A DNA stretch of 64,000 nt from positions 14,739,143 through 14,803,142 of the forward strand of contig CAVNZM010000003.1 in assembly GCA_963693365.1 (NCBI GenBank), written 5' to 3'. Position numbers and translations under genes: made by a program. Positions 27,822 to 41,733 of the stretch are shown piece by piece. Under the pieces are notes generated by a model, which worked only from the letters and a program-made list of their open reading frames with translations, made no database searches and was not told where the DNA came from. The stretch is from Amoebidium appalachense. Its lineage: Eukaryota > Protista > Ichthyosporea. Position 1 is the first letter of the stretch. Each line of letters starts with the position of its first letter.

Positions 27822-28953
27822 CTCCTCCCCTACTGTCATAGGCATAGGCAAAAAAGCTTGGTTAGATTATGTACCTAGATGGCTCCTTTGCGAAGCTCAG
27901 CATGATAATTTTAGTTGCGTAACTACTTTGGGAATGACCCCCCCCTCGCCCCCTGCCCCCGTCTCTCCCCCTGCTTTCGCTACTTCCAGAAGCGTAAATG
28001 CGCCTGCGTGACGTTTGAATTATGTATATCAGTGGGTTTCATGCACAACACATGTGCTGTGTATATTTGCGACTGCAAAACTAGCTGGAAAAAAGAGCCC
28101 CACGCGTGAACCGAGACAGCTCTTCACCTTCGCACGTGCACAGCCTCGTCGAGGTTTACCTTACTCGAAGATTGGTGCGCGTGGTAACCGGTATGTATGT
28201 GGGAATCCGTATGTGTGCAAATTTATATAATTTTGTGGATTTTTACATGTTGCTCTGTGTAAATGTTTATTGTTAGTCATTAGAATCGCCATATTTGGTC
28301 GTTTATACTTATAGTGCATTAGAATTCTTGCTGAAACCTTTTAAATGATGTGCATCAGCAAGTTATCGCTTGGAAACACCGGGTAGAGTAGCTCAGTTAA
28401 GCCCTTTATTCTGCAACATCATGCATTATCGTGCAATATTCCTACTTTTTTTTATTTTTTCTATCCATGCCCAGTGATCTCTTTTACTTTTTTTTTTTTT
28501 TTTTTTTTTGGGGGGGGGGGGGGGGGTAGAGGGGTGGGGGTGGGGTTGAGGGGGGGGGGGGGGGGGGGGCGGGGATGGGAATAATATGCACTTGTCAACC
28601 TTACATTGTTGTAAGCTTTTGAATATGGATAAACATGAGGTTATGTATCTAGATGGGTACCTTGCGAAACACACGTTAAATATTTTCTTTCTATCGCAAA
28701 TATTATTTTAGAATTGACTCAAACACACCTACTTTTAAAAACAAAAATGTTCGTTAGATGATATACCTAGATGCCGGATACTTTGCAGAATACGCTTTAA
28801 ATGTTTTCTATTGCAAATTAAATTTGGAATACAGATCCCCCCCTCCCCTGCCCCTCCCGTACTTCTAAAAGCGAAAACGCGCCAACTGTACGTTTGTGTC
28901 ACGGCATATAGATGGTAAACACACACGTTGAATATATTTTCTATTGTAAAATT
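27703..28953. repeat. Five diverged copies of a 30-55 bp motif
   Basis: TAGATGG...TGCGA-like motif near 27705, 27873, 28648, 28766 and 28909. The last three continue into TTTCTAT(C/T)G(C/T)AAA. Confidence 0.6.
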
Positions 28954-29076
28954 AGCTGAAGCAAAGATCTTTATGAACCGAGGTCCCCAAACGTTTCCCC
29001 AAACGTTGGGGCAAGATATATGGAATCACCCGGTTGCTCAGTCAAGCCATATCAACCATATCCATGCTTAGTGGTT

Positions 29077-29111
<35 letters not shown>

Positions 29112-30583
29112 AAGTTCGCTTTTCCGCCTTGCATGTAAGGGCTTTACATAAAATACCTGTCCCCCCCCCCCCCCCCCCCTCCCCCTTCCCCTCCCCCCCC
29201 CCTCCCACGACCACAGCCCCTTTTATCCCTTTCCTGGGTGCACGAACAACCTCCCCCTCCCAACCACTCGCTTCTGTCCCGGCGCCAACCCTCCTCCCCA
29301 TCCTCACATCCAATCCCCACGTACTGCAAACACCTACTTTCGAAAGACATATACACCGTGGCAGTTCGAGCATACAAAACCAGCCAAACATCAACAGGAA
29401 ATGTGACGTTGCGAGTGTTGTTACCTATAGCCACTACCCGCAGTCAATTAATACTATGTGTGCATGCAAGAAGTCTGCTTGAATTTGCACTTTCGGATCC
29501 GTGATGCACCTAGCCTGGCAACTTTTACACCCCTTGCCCATGGCGTGGCATCCCAGGCTAACCACATCTGCAATCCTTCCCCCCTTCCCCCCCCCTCCCC
29601 CCCCCCCGCCCCCCCCCCCCCCTCCCCTTTCCCCCTGGAACTGTCCCCACCCTCGCCTTTGTCTTGTCTTGCCTACTACGCGGGGCCTGGCTCTATTCGT
29701 CCGAACCTCATCTTACTCCACCTCCACCTTCCCCCCCATTCCCAACCCCAACCCCCCCCTCCCTCCCCTCTACACCCACCCACACAATTATCCTCTTGTT
29801 CCATTTTGCCTTCCTCCCTCTCAGTTAACGAAGAACACAGAGTGCACCAGGTCCGCCTGTCACCTACTGAGGTGACTCGTATTTTTCCTTACACCCACAG
29901 CGAACACTGGACTCTCGGGACCGTAGAGCCGCCGCGAGAGAAAGCATGCACGCGGTCGCGAGAGTGTAAGGAAAAATAGGTGTGAGGCGAACGGCAAGTT
30001 CATAGCAGCCCAGGCACCGTCAGTACGTGCCAGTGGGTCCGCCTATGTCGAAGCTCGTAGGCACATGGAACTGGATGCAAAGCCACAAGTATGTACATAC
30101 GATGTGTATTGGATTAGTCCAGCAAAATTGTTGAGCAGGTGCACTTGGAACAAAGTACAACATGCATGCACGCATTGCAATGGCACGAACATCAAAACAG
30201 GGGACGGGTGGAGAAAACACTTCCAGCACACACAAACCATGTGGTGTCACGGTGGACTCTTGAAAACATCATGTCGCCACACCGTCGGCACCGATTCGGG
30301 AAGATTTCTGAGCCAGAGGTGGGGCAAATATCCGATGGGCAACGGCGCGTGCCGACTCTCCGAGGATCCACGATGATGGCTAAAACCTTACCTTTTTAAT
30401 AGTTATACATAGCACGAATCTTCAATAATGGATGCCTAATTTGTTTATAAGTAACATTTTATGAAATATAAACACATGAAATTAAACTGGCTGTGAGCTA
30501 AATTTTGATGCCCTGCCCCAGCCCTGGGTAACTAACAGAACACTGAGCCACACTTTTGCCCATTTCAAAGCCAGACTTGCGCA

Positions 30584-30712
30584 CACCAATCACAAGCGTT
30601 CCCTCCGATGCACCAATCAGCGTTTGGTACTAAAATCCAAGACTTCGCCAAGGAATGCTTTGATTGGTTTAAAGGTCACCATAAAGAATTCGCGGGTATA
30701 TAAAGGGCATAC
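30584..30712 (+). promoter_or_regulatory. CCAAT boxes plus TATA-like element upstream of the microprotein gene
   Basis: CACCAATCA twice, TGATTGG once, then GTATATAAAGGG near 30697. Confidence 0.5.
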
Positions 30713-31013
30713 GAGCATGACAGGTCACATTCTGTCCGTGCAAACGCTGGAGTGTGTTTTTCTTCAGTCTCGTTGTGTTGTTTTAATTTTTTTTCGTCGT
30801 TTGGACACTCCGTCACCGATTGTCACTCATCTTTCACCTTCATTCTTCGCTCGGTACCAAAAGCTATTAAAGTTTAAAGGCATATTTTGCTAGAAAAGCA
30901 AGTGCATTTCAGCAAGCTTCAAAAAAGAGCTCTGTTGAACACCGTATACTGTTTCTTCTCCCACACTGATCCCCTTCTTTGCGTAAAGCTTGAGAGCGCG
31001 CTATCCTACGAAA

Positions 31014-31136
31014 ATGTCCATCTTTCAGCGCGTTGCTCAATACCTGGTATGTTTTTCCTCCCCACAGAGGCACTTTTAGCTCCTTTGGTCTAGGCATGGC
31101 CGCGTGTGTGTGAGTGAGTGTGTGTGTGTATGTGTA

Positions 31137-31172
<36 letters not shown>

Positions 31173-32524
31173 GGAGGGGAAAGGGGAGAGGGCGCGGATA
31201 ATTGTCGGTGGTTCTTGTTTTCTTGTTCGTGGCTTTTTGGTGGTGTGTGGTATTACGTGTGTATAGATGTGTGTCCAGGGCACATGCACATTTGTTTAAC
31301 ATTAAGCTGACAAAAAAAGGAAAGGGGGAGAGGGCGTAGGCGGAGGTGAATCCGGAGAGAAAGGAGGAGGAGAGTGTGACTCTGTTGTGTGTGTGTGTGG
31401 GTGTGTGGGTGGGTGGGTGTGCGGGAAAGGGTGGAGGGCGTGGATAGTTGTTGGTGGTTCTTGTTTTCTTGTTCGTGGCTTTTTGGTGGTGTGTGGTATT
31501 ACGTGTGTGTATGGTTGTGTGTCCAGGGCACGTGCGCGTTTGTTTAACATTAAGCTGACAAAAAAAGAAAAGGGGGAGGGGGGGTAGGCGGAGGTGAATC
31601 CGGAGAGAAAGAAGGAGGAGAGTGTGACTCTGTTGTGTGTGTGTGGGCGTGTGCGTGTGCGTGTCTGTACGCGAGCATGTTTAGCTTGATTTTTTTTTTT
31701 TTGGGGGGGGGGGGGGGGGAGGGGGAGGGGACGGGTGCGGAGATGGGAAGGGCGGAGGGGAGGGCTGTTGGGATAGTGTAGCAGTGGGTGGGTGGTAATC
31801 ATTTTTCTTGTATAGGGTTTACCCTGCATCTATGTAGGTCGATGGTCTACATTTTAGAAGTATACAAGGGTAGAAGTCAATTTGCAGTTGTGAGGGGGAG
31901 GGAGGGGGCCTGGGGAAAATGGGAAGGGTGGGGGGAAGCAGATTGGGACAGGAATTGTTAAAGAAAAGGACCCATGGAGAGGAACAGGGGAGAGGGATCA
32001 CTTCTTTTTTCCTGACAGCGTAATAATAAGTTTTATGAATAGCAGAAACTTTAACATCGCTAACATATCCCCTCCCCCCCCCCTCCCCCTTTCCTAACCA
32101 AAAATATAACATTCCCACTCACACACTTCTCCCTCCCTGCATTCATCAACACACAATCCATTAAAATCACCATCCAACCCCCCCCCCCCCCCCCCCCCCT
32201 TCGCCACCCACCACCACCTTCTACACACACCTACAGGCCAACGAGATCATCACCAAGTCGGTAAGTGCTTAGTTTCTAACCCACTGTCACCGTTGCAGTT
32301 ATATCTGCTGTGTTTACTTAGAGAGAGAGAAACACAGAGAGAGAGAGTCGAAGTGTGGAGGAGGGTGTGTGTGTGTGTGTGTGTGGAGGAGGGAAGAGGT
32401 GGGTTTTTGGTTCTTTCCAGAACATTCCCGTGACATCTGTTCAGTGTGTTGCTTTGACTCTGCACAATCAGGGGACCTGTTCCCTTTTGCACTTGCCTCG
32501 ACCCACCCATCTACCCCCCCCCCC

Positions 32525-32555
<31 letters not shown>

Positions 32556-33845
32556 ACCAGAGCGCAGGCACACGTGCACACCAACATGGACACGCACACA
32601 CATACCACATACCTCTTTTCCCCAACCTGCTTCGACACATACCCACTGTCCTGCGCCTACACACACACACACACACACACACACCCGTATTGTAGATAAC
32701 CGGCGCCTTCTGTGAGCATGTGATCTGCTGATGTTGCATTTTTTAGTCGTTGCGCTCTGCCGCTTGTGATGTAATTCTCGTGCTGTCTACCCCCCTCTCC
32801 CCCCCCCCCCCCCCCAAAAAAAAAAAAATCTTCGGCCTGTCTCTGATCCCGCCGGCTGCACAAGCACATACCTGCGCACACAGCACTCTACGAATGCACA
32901 TGCACGTACACACATGCACACACACGCACATACACCACACACATAATAGCAATGTAGGCAGACTTGCATGTGTGCACACATACAGCACACATAATCATGC
33001 ACATGCAAGGGCACCATACACGCATACGAAGCACATGCGCACACGTTCATGAGATGCACATGCACATGTACACAGATATTACGGCACCCATGCACGCCTG
33101 CACACACACACTACACACTTGCACTAACACACGCACACACACACACATGTACGCATACCACCACCCACCCATGCGACATATGTACACACACACTTGCCAC
33201 GCATGCATGTACACCCAGAGGCACGTGTGTGACACGAGTCACACACATCCGGAACACACCCATCCACCACACACCCCCATTGCTCACTCACCATACCCCC
33301 CCCCCCCCCCCCCCCCCCCAGCTTGCCAACAGTGCGTGGTTCCAGCGGTTTGCTGTCCGCACCCACCAGCATGTCAACAAGGTCACCACAGAGGGTACGT
33401 GCGAGACTCCCCCCGTCCCTTCCCCCCCCCCCCCCCCCCCCCCCCCCCACCCCCCCCTTTACACACACACACCCTTCCTCCCGGGTGTTTGTCGTTTTAT
33501 GCGTACATTTTATGCGTACACAGCCTCCATTAACTTTTCATTGTCTAACGTGTAAGACCTCCCCTCCCCCTCCCTTACCCTCGTTTTTCCCTGAACACGC
33601 CTATTTGTCGTAATCCATATATGCTACCCCCTCCCTCCCCCTCCCCCCCCCCCCCCCCCCCTCCCCCTCCCCCCCAACCACACAAATCTATTTGTTGTCT
33701 TCCGGTTTGAACAGTGCACTTAGCACAGCCCCTTCGCAGCTGATGCAGCGAATTGCTTGGGGCCACCATGAGGATGTGTTCTGTTAACACTGCATATGAC
33801 GTGTTTCTGATGTTACTTTGCATGTTTCTCACCGTGTGCATTCTA

Positions 33846-33880
<35 letters not shown>

Positions 33881-34672
33881 CGGGCACATGCACATGAAAT
33901 TGGAGATGTTGGGTTCTGTTCTGGTGCCTTTTTACCTGTATAATTGGTTTGGCGCTTGCTGGGAGTGTATTTTAGCCCAATGGTCTGTTGTCGTTGCTTC
34001 CCGTGCCGATCATTTAAAGCAATTTGTATTTAAATCAATCTTAAATAAGATTAAATGTGTGTGCACGTACATGTGGACTGTGTGTGTACGTGCCTGCCTT
34101 TCCGTAAACGTGTATGCATTTGTGGTTAGACGAGAAGAAAGGTGCTAGATGGACCTGTAACTGCTTCATTGAGCTCTCCGCTTGCGCTCGCTACGAGCTC
34201 TGGTGTATGTGTAGTATAGTGTGTTTGTGGGGCTTGGTGTGTGTGTGTGTACATGCCTCGTGTATCTGAGTACATGTGTACCTGCTGTGCGTCTAATTTT
34301 TTTTAATGTGGGGGAGGGGGAGGGAGGGGTACGCCGCTACATCTATTTCAAGACTGCAACACTCTTTGGCAAGCCGTCATTTTTTTTTTCTCCCCAAGCA
34401 CACACGTCTTAGTTTCAGAGTCATGACCAACACTCCCAACATAACGACCAAGATGGACCACAAACCTCGCACACCTTTTTTCCTAACCCATATTTTCTTC
34501 TTTTCTTACAGGAGCCAAAACGATTGAAAACATCGACACCAAGAAAGTAGCAAGCACTGCAGGGTACACCATCGGGAGGGTGGCTGCTATCGCCACGTCT
34601 TTCCCTACGGCATTTGCCAGAAACTTGAAGAGGGAGGTGGAAAAAGCGGCTCAGAATATAAATAAGCAGTAG
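31014..34672 (+). CDS. 96-aa Mrx7/NCBP2-AS2-like small protein, probably mitochondrial, 4 exons
   Basis: Exons 31014-31046, 32237-32260, 33322-33394 and 34512-34672, all GT-AG and in phase, give MSIFQRVAQYLANEIITKSLANSAWFQRFAVRTHQHVNKVTTEGAKTIENIDTKKVASTAGYTIGRVAAIATSFPTAFARNLKREVEKAAQNINKQ. LANSxxFQRFAVRT matches my recollection of a conserved small-protein family in plants; the family name needs confirming by search. Confidence 0.88.
31190..31647. repeat. Tandem duplication of about 245 bp inside intron 1 of the microprotein gene
   Basis: GGTGGTTCTTGTTTTCTTGTTCGTGGCTTTTTGGTGGTGTGTGGTATTACG...GTGAATCCGGAGAGAAAG occurs twice. Confidence 0.92.
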
Positions 34673-35181
34673 TGTGTGTGTGTGCGGGGGGGGGGGGGGG
34701 GGGGGGGGGGGGTTTGAGGGTAATGAATGTGTGGTTGAATTGAGAAGTTGAGAAACCCTAACGGTGGTGGGGCTGGCGAAAGGGGCGCTGAAAGGAAACG
34801 GTTGGGTTGTAAGATAGTGTTGGCTACAAACACCGAAATATCATTTTGTTTTTTCCGATATCTGTTGCTTGCCCGTTCGGTGGCAGGAGGAGAAGTGCGC
34901 GTTTTTACTGAATGCTTTGTGCTGTACGCCGGAAAAATATGGTTTTCATCATATTTCAATTGCTAGATTTGCAACCCCGCTATGTATATGGTGGAGCTAA
35001 TGACATAGGTGCTGTGCATCTTTGATAAAGAAGAGCTAAAACCCTGTGCGCACAGGAAAAATCCATGGGAGTTTCCGAGTGTTGGATCTAATTTTAGTTG
35101 ACCAGTATTGATTGCATAGTTGACCAGTATTGATTGCATGACGACGTGCATGCAGACATACACAGTAACACCCCAAACTTG

Positions 35182-35235
<54 letters not shown>

Positions 35236-35706
35236 GCAACACACAAATATGCACAGTTCTCAGACTTGCAAGCGCGCACACACACACACACAGACGCATA
35301 CGCGCCCGTGCGCAATCCGCCATACACATATACAGACACTCCATGCGCAATACACAAGCACGCATGCTCTCAAATGTTCTGCGCTCACTCAAGCTCGAAT
35401 AACCTACCCCAACCTCATACACACGCAGCAACAGGCACTAGGCACACACCTGAATACCTCCCATGTGCATGTGTGCACATATGAATGTTTTCAATTACAT
35501 GCAAACACACGCACTCAAACGTGTGCATGCACACACATGAATGTTTTCAAATACATGCAAACACACGCACTCATATTATACAGTGCTTAAACTCCAATTC
35601 GAAACAATTAGAAAGTTCTTCTCTAATGGACGTTGAGAGCGTCCCGGCCAGACCAACGAGAGAAAGCTATTATGTTACTGATTCCTTACTCCCCTGTTCC
35701 TAGGCT

Positions 35707-35754
<48 letters not shown>

Positions 35755-36669
35755 AAAAAAAAAAAAAGGGAGAAGAAAGTGGACAAACAAAACACAATCA
35801 CTTTTTGCACACGCCTGCACGCTCATGCCACACGCACCCCCGCCCGCACACACGCACGCACGCAAATGTGCACAAGCACATGCACACAAGCAAATGCATG
35901 TACACAGACGAATCGTGTCAAGAGCACTTTTGGTTTGCCAATTGTTTTTCCCTTTTTTTTTTTTCTCTTTTCTTTTTGCTTTTTTCTGTTTTGAAGGGGG
36001 GGGGGGGGGGGGAGGGAGGGGGAGGGGGTAGAGGGGGGAAGAGGGGGTCCTCATCAGAGCAGCATTAAAGCACTTAACCCGCATCTGCAAGTACCAAAAC
36101 AGAAAAAGGAAAAAAGGAAAAAGACTCATAGATGGGCAACAAGCTATCCAGCCAACCATCAGAACACTTGTCAACACTGTAGTGCTCAGCGTGTGGGAGC
36201 CTCGAGCACTACGAACCGCTAAATTTGCCGCCTCGATCACCCTTGTGGTGTACTACTGGTTCCGGGTTGGCCCAAAAATAAGTTTCTGAATCCGCCCCCC
36301 CCCCTCCCCCCCTCTCCCCCCCTCCCCCCGTCACCTCCCTAGAACCCACCCTGCTCCCTTGAATCCCGGCCCCCTTCCGGTTTCAATGATTCGAACCTAT
36401 TTCATTCTTGTGTGGCTTCATAATGTGCGCGTCAGTCTTGAAGCACACCAGCCTTTGTAAGATTGATTCTTGCTCATCCTATTATTACCAGGAGTGACCA
36501 TTAAAGGTGTTCCTGCATTACACATGTGCCAGCGCATTATCGTTCGCACTTAATTTAGTATTACTATGCTTACAGACCAAATCGAATATTCCAAAAAAAA
36601 AAAAAAAAAAAAATTTTAAAAAAAAATTCAGATTGGTGGTGCCCGATTACCGTGATGTTCCTGTGGACC

Positions 36670-36700
<31 letters not shown>

Positions 36701-36710
36701 TTGAAATAAC

Positions 36711-36770
<60 letters not shown>

Positions 36771-36944
36771 CACTAGCACACACACACACACGTGCGTGCG
36801 AGCACGTGTACGTGCGTCCGTGAGTTTGCGCGTGCGCGTGTGCGGTTTCGTGTTCGCCTGCACGTGTGGGCGTGCACGCGTGCGCACATACGTGCGCGCG
36901 CGGCGCGCGCGCGTGTGGCGCGAGCGCGTGTGCGTGCGTGCGTG

Positions 36945-37039
<95 letters not shown>

Positions 37040-37053
37040 ATGTGTGTGTGTGT

Positions 37054-37092
<39 letters not shown>

Positions 37093-37156
37093 TGTGTGTG
37101 TGTGTGTGCGTGTGTGTGATCACGCTATGTGTGTAACATTGTGCTTTTTTTTTTAA

Positions 37157-40100
37157 GGTGGAGTGGGGGGTCCAATCTGCGCCCCCGCCAAATCGATCAT
37201 AGACCCCCCTAGATCAAGGAAAAGCGCACAGCTCGCACCTGCGGCTGAAATTTCGGTTCGCAAGGAAACTACGGCACCTCGACAGCGGCCGTGCGGTCCA
37301 GACTATCGCCCTCGAAAAAAAAAACTTAATTATAAACCCCCCCCCTATATTCCTAAGCCAGCCGAGCTCCCCATACTTCATCTCTCCTGTGTGGGGACTT
37401 GGTCTTCTGGCCCATAAGTAAAACTGATTTTTCAAAAAAATGATTATGTAACATGCGAGATCAAAGTTTTTGGTATTAGACGATCTTATACCAAACAAAT
37501 AATTTAAGCTTATTTTTTGTGGTTTAAGGGGTGGTACCCTGGCTTCCGCGTGCAGTAATTACTATCTGTCTTCATTACATAGCCGCTAAACTGGTGTCAA
37601 GTCTCTTACCGAGCGGGTATAGAGGGACCCGAAAAGAGCAACTATGGTGATCTGTTCCTCCAGTCGTATGGCGCGATCTGAATGCGTAGCGTGGTTAGCT
37701 TCAAATTTGGCGGGAAAACTAAATCCGGCTTGACCAATAGAACAATCTAAAGTGTTGTTGGTGCGGCGATCAGAACTTGATAAAATTCACTTTTCATTGG
37801 CTCCATAAAACGTGATCGAATATGCATATATGAAAGATTTACGATTTATTTGCAAACAACCGAAGACTATGAATAATAAAAACATTATAAAGCTTCTGTA
37901 ATAAATATTTATTTATTCCGTAGTTTTTCGATCATTTTTATGCTGGTTTCAGTATACACGTTCAGCGACAATTGACCTCTGCCGGCAGATCAGTATGCGC
38001 TATCTTGTATTTGATGTAAATCATACATGTAAATAACCTGTAAACAACAGCTATTTGGACATTGTTTATAGAGGGTACGTGTACAACAAGTGCACACGCA
38101 TTTCAGCGCAAGAAGATATAGAGTTATCAGTTGTGAGAAGCATAAAAAGCTCTATTTCGTGCAATTTTTCTGTAAGAAAATTAATATATTGTGTGATAAT
38201 GACATTCAATTAGTTTGCTCACGCAATTCCTGGTGGAAAGGCTCGTCGCAAAAAGACGTAAAAACCGGCTCAGCCCTATAGGTGTTGCCACCCTCTCAAC
38301 AAAATGCCCATGCTCTATACCAGGGATGTTCTGTGCTTGTGTTTTCCGGGTGACTGATAGCGTGAAAAAGTATGGATGGGTGCTTTATGACAATCACGAC
38401 CCCTATATAGGGGGTCCTACCTGGGTTGTTTTGCAGACTTTTGGCTTTTTTTTTCCTTTGTGTGCATATTTTCGTATACCCTTCATGAGCTTTCGGAAGA
38501 TAAATGCGCAGCACACGCGCCTGGAAGTCCCATTTTTTTGTTCTGCTGCACATGGGCGAAAGGGGATTTATCCTCCTGTCTGTTCGCGACCTACTCATTC
38601 TTTTCGACACGGACACGGATGTTTGCTCCTTTTGTGAGGGCATTCCTCGGGAGCCATGTGTGACTTTTGCCCAAGAGTTCCAGGTGTGTACACGTTCATG
38701 CTCGTATTATATGGATGGTGTGCCTTTTTATGGGTTTGTGCTGTTGCAGTTTGGCAGGGGGAACTCTTTTCAAGGGAAAAGGATGTGTTGTGGTGGTGGT
38801 TGTTGGACACACACTCCGCGCTGCCGATGGCGTTCATCGACTTTGAGCTCTTACCCTCGTGGTTTCTGACGGGACCATCTTTGAACTTGTCGACGACATA
38901 GAGCACATACCACAGCCCACCAACATTTACAAGTGCGGCAACAGTGCCCTCCCGGGAATTGTGGCCTGTGTCAGTTTGCAATGTTAGCAATAAAATTTAC
39001 CATGCCCGGTGGTGTGTCATTGTGAACATGAGAATACGGTGAAGTCAGGCAGAATTAACGGTGATAGGCTCTTTGCACAAAGTGCCAGACTGTGTTTGTT
39101 TGTGTGTGTTTTTTTTTTTTTGGGGGGGGGGGGGGGTAGGTACCACGTGGTTTCCTCCAGCAGCAGTCCACGTGTAGTCGCACGTTGCAGTATTGTCCTC
39201 CAATTGCCTCCGGTCCCTTGCCTTTGCATGTGCACTCTGCCTTCATCATGTTTAACACGCGTTGCTTCTCCTCGGGCCATGCACTGTTTTTGAGTCTCTC
39301 CCACACATCCTTCTCATGCTCTCGGTATGTGTCCTCGTGCATGGGCTGTTGGTTGGTAGCGATGCAAAAGCGCCTATAGGTTGCAAAGTTACCTCCTGCA
39401 TGTAGACCGTCAGATGTCAAAACTTTGCCGGGACATGACTTTCTTTCTTAGGGGTGGGGGCGGCCTTTCTGTAAAACGTTATTGGGGGGGGGGGGGGGGG
39501 GGGGTCACCTTGCAGAAGTGTCCCGTAAGCTACCATGCGATGCACCTCCAATTTTTGGGAGGCCTCACCAGTGCTCTCCTGCACTGTCGGGGACGTCTTC
39601 CACACTAAGTATGCGTCGTCCTCACCGCACTTGCACGCGAACAGTAAAGACCGGCGTTGGTCGCCCCCCCCGTGGTAGTCGTACTATCCGGTGCACTTGG
39701 GGCAGAGCATGCCCTCCACCTGTGAGATGATGAGATCCACACTTTGCAGTGCATAGTTTGGCCGAAGGGTTTTTAGTTCCTTACGGCCTACAAAGTCAGC
39801 AGCCTCACGTATCAGCTGCCGGACTTGTGTTGTGCGGTGTTTGCGGGGGCCTTGGTGGACATGTTCGGTGGTTGAAGGGATAGGTTCAGTTCCAGCTCCG
39901 ACTCGCTCCCACACTCGCCAGGGTCACTGTCCCATCCCACTGACAGTACTCTCATCTGGCTCACCAAATGATCCAGTCTCGAGAAGATGATCCTCCTGAC
40001 TGCCGACACTTGTGCATTCGTCCAACTCAGGGTCGTAGTCCGGGTCTTCGTCGTCACTCTGGGCGACGGAGGTATCCAATGCAAAACTGGGCCGTGTCTG

Positions 40101-40807
40101 TGCCTCGTTTGTTTTCTGTTTATGTGGGTTTTTATCTTCAGCAGTGTGCTGCGAAGCATCACTGCCTTGATGACCCCTAGCCACTGGCTCTGGCACTGGT
40201 GCACGCTTATTGCCTTCAGGCTCATCCTGCAGTGCACTTGCTGCTGCCAATACAGCCATGAATGGTTCCGTGTCTTCCGGCCGAAGTCGTTTGGGCGATC
40301 GTGGTGGTGAGTGGTCATCATCACAGCTTCTGCAGCAGTGGGTGCAGTGGACCTCAGGTTTGCACACATGCGCAGCCAGCGACCGCCGGCGTTCCTGACG
40401 TTCCTTGCGTTTGATTTCATTTGAAGCTGCAAGATGGGGTGGATACACTCCCTTCAAAGGCTTCTTTCGCTTCGCCATTTTTTATTTAGGGCAGCACCTG
40501 TACTTCCGGCAGGTACACAAAAACCAGGGAATGAAAACAGAGTCATGTTTGAAGAACAACACCACTGGCATACGCATGATCCCGTGGCATAGCAATAGCC
40601 AATCATCGCATATCTATTAAAGCTCTGCCTCATGGTTGGGTTGCAATCACCATGCTTTGTGCCTTCCCGCCAAAATGGTGCCTCTAGCCAATCACAATCA
40701 ATTGAGAAACATTAGCATGATCTAAAGGATTTTAGCGGTTTAGCAACAAAATGCCGCCCTCTGATTGGATCGGAGGCCAATTATGATTTTGACTCTATCC
40801 CCCCCCC
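37157..40807 (-). mobile_element. Degenerate Kolobok-superfamily DNA transposon (boundaries tentative)
   Basis: Contains a transposase remnant. Candidate ends TTAA|GG (37153-37158; alternative 37524) and CC|TTAA (40806-40811) fit the Kolobok TTAA target and RR...YY termini, but the TIR match is poor. Confidence 0.6.
38296..40478 (-). pseudogene. Kolobok-type DDE transposase pseudogene with 2 introns, in-frame stops and a probable internal deletion
   Basis: Exons 40478-39509, 39395-39144 and 38965 onward join in phase: LCPKC...FACKCG...WKTS...LEVHRMVAYGTLLQGGNFATYRRF...LHVDCCWRKPRGHNSREG...NHEGKSSKSM. This matches the Kolobok D-x-x-W-x-K-R-G-x-x-S and N-x-x-G-S-S-x-x-M pattern as I recall it. 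In-frame TGA at 39924 and TAG at 39684. No DGD motif found. Confidence 0.8.
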
Positions 40808-41733
40808 TTAAGGGGGGGAGAGGGGGGGGGGGGGGGGGGAGGGGTCACATCGATCAGGCCGGGTGGTTGGATCAAGCATCATGCACATCTGTTGATATTG
40901 TGAAAGTTCTGGATTTCCATTTTCCCTCCCCACTCATTGGTTGTAATTGTAGCCACCGATCCAATCCCACAATCATCCTCAAGAGTCGTATTTGTCTTTC
41001 TCTATGGGTGGGCCACGAGCTATCTGGCCAACCATCCTGACGCTACCTTCTTAGTGTCAAATATGTAGCGCAAAGCCTGTAGCAAGGACACTCGTATCAG
41101 TCCCACACGGCTTTCGCCTACAGAAGCATCATCGCGGCCTGTTCACATCCGGGTTGGCCAAACATGTAAGACATTGCTGAACTGAGTTACGAACGGTTTG
41201 ATCACTATGCCTGCCTATATGAGTTCACATGTAAATTCAGTTAAATCCCCCCCCCCCCCCCCCCCCCTCCCCCTCTCCCGGCCCTATGAATCCTCCCCAA
41301 TCCCCCCTGTAATACCCCTCCCGCCGCTTTGAAATCATTCCCCCTTCCAATCTCGCCACCCCACCCACCTACAAAGCACTGAGCCATTCTTAGCCCCTCT
41401 CGCCGAATGCAGTTTACATTGTAGGAATCCGGCTTGTTGACGTAATCATCATACTAATCAGCCTCCTTGATACTGACAACAGAACATGGCGATTAATCAT
41501 GATGTGCATGTGCATGTGCATGCTGGCTTTTTATATTTTTATATTTAAATTTATTTATTTGTCTAAGTCAGGTGCGTTAAACCCATATGCATAATATCTT
41601 GATGATATATACTGCATCAGCCTCTGTACTAATCGCAGTTCAACTAAGGCATGCCTTCATTTTAAAAATTCACATGGCTTCACTTATGTATATCATGCAT
41701 GTATGTGCAATGTGTTACTAGCCCTGAGATTAT

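Noticed and set aside
28381-28404. tRNA-like TAGCTCAGTT A-box
   Set aside because: No B-box or cloverleaf follows.
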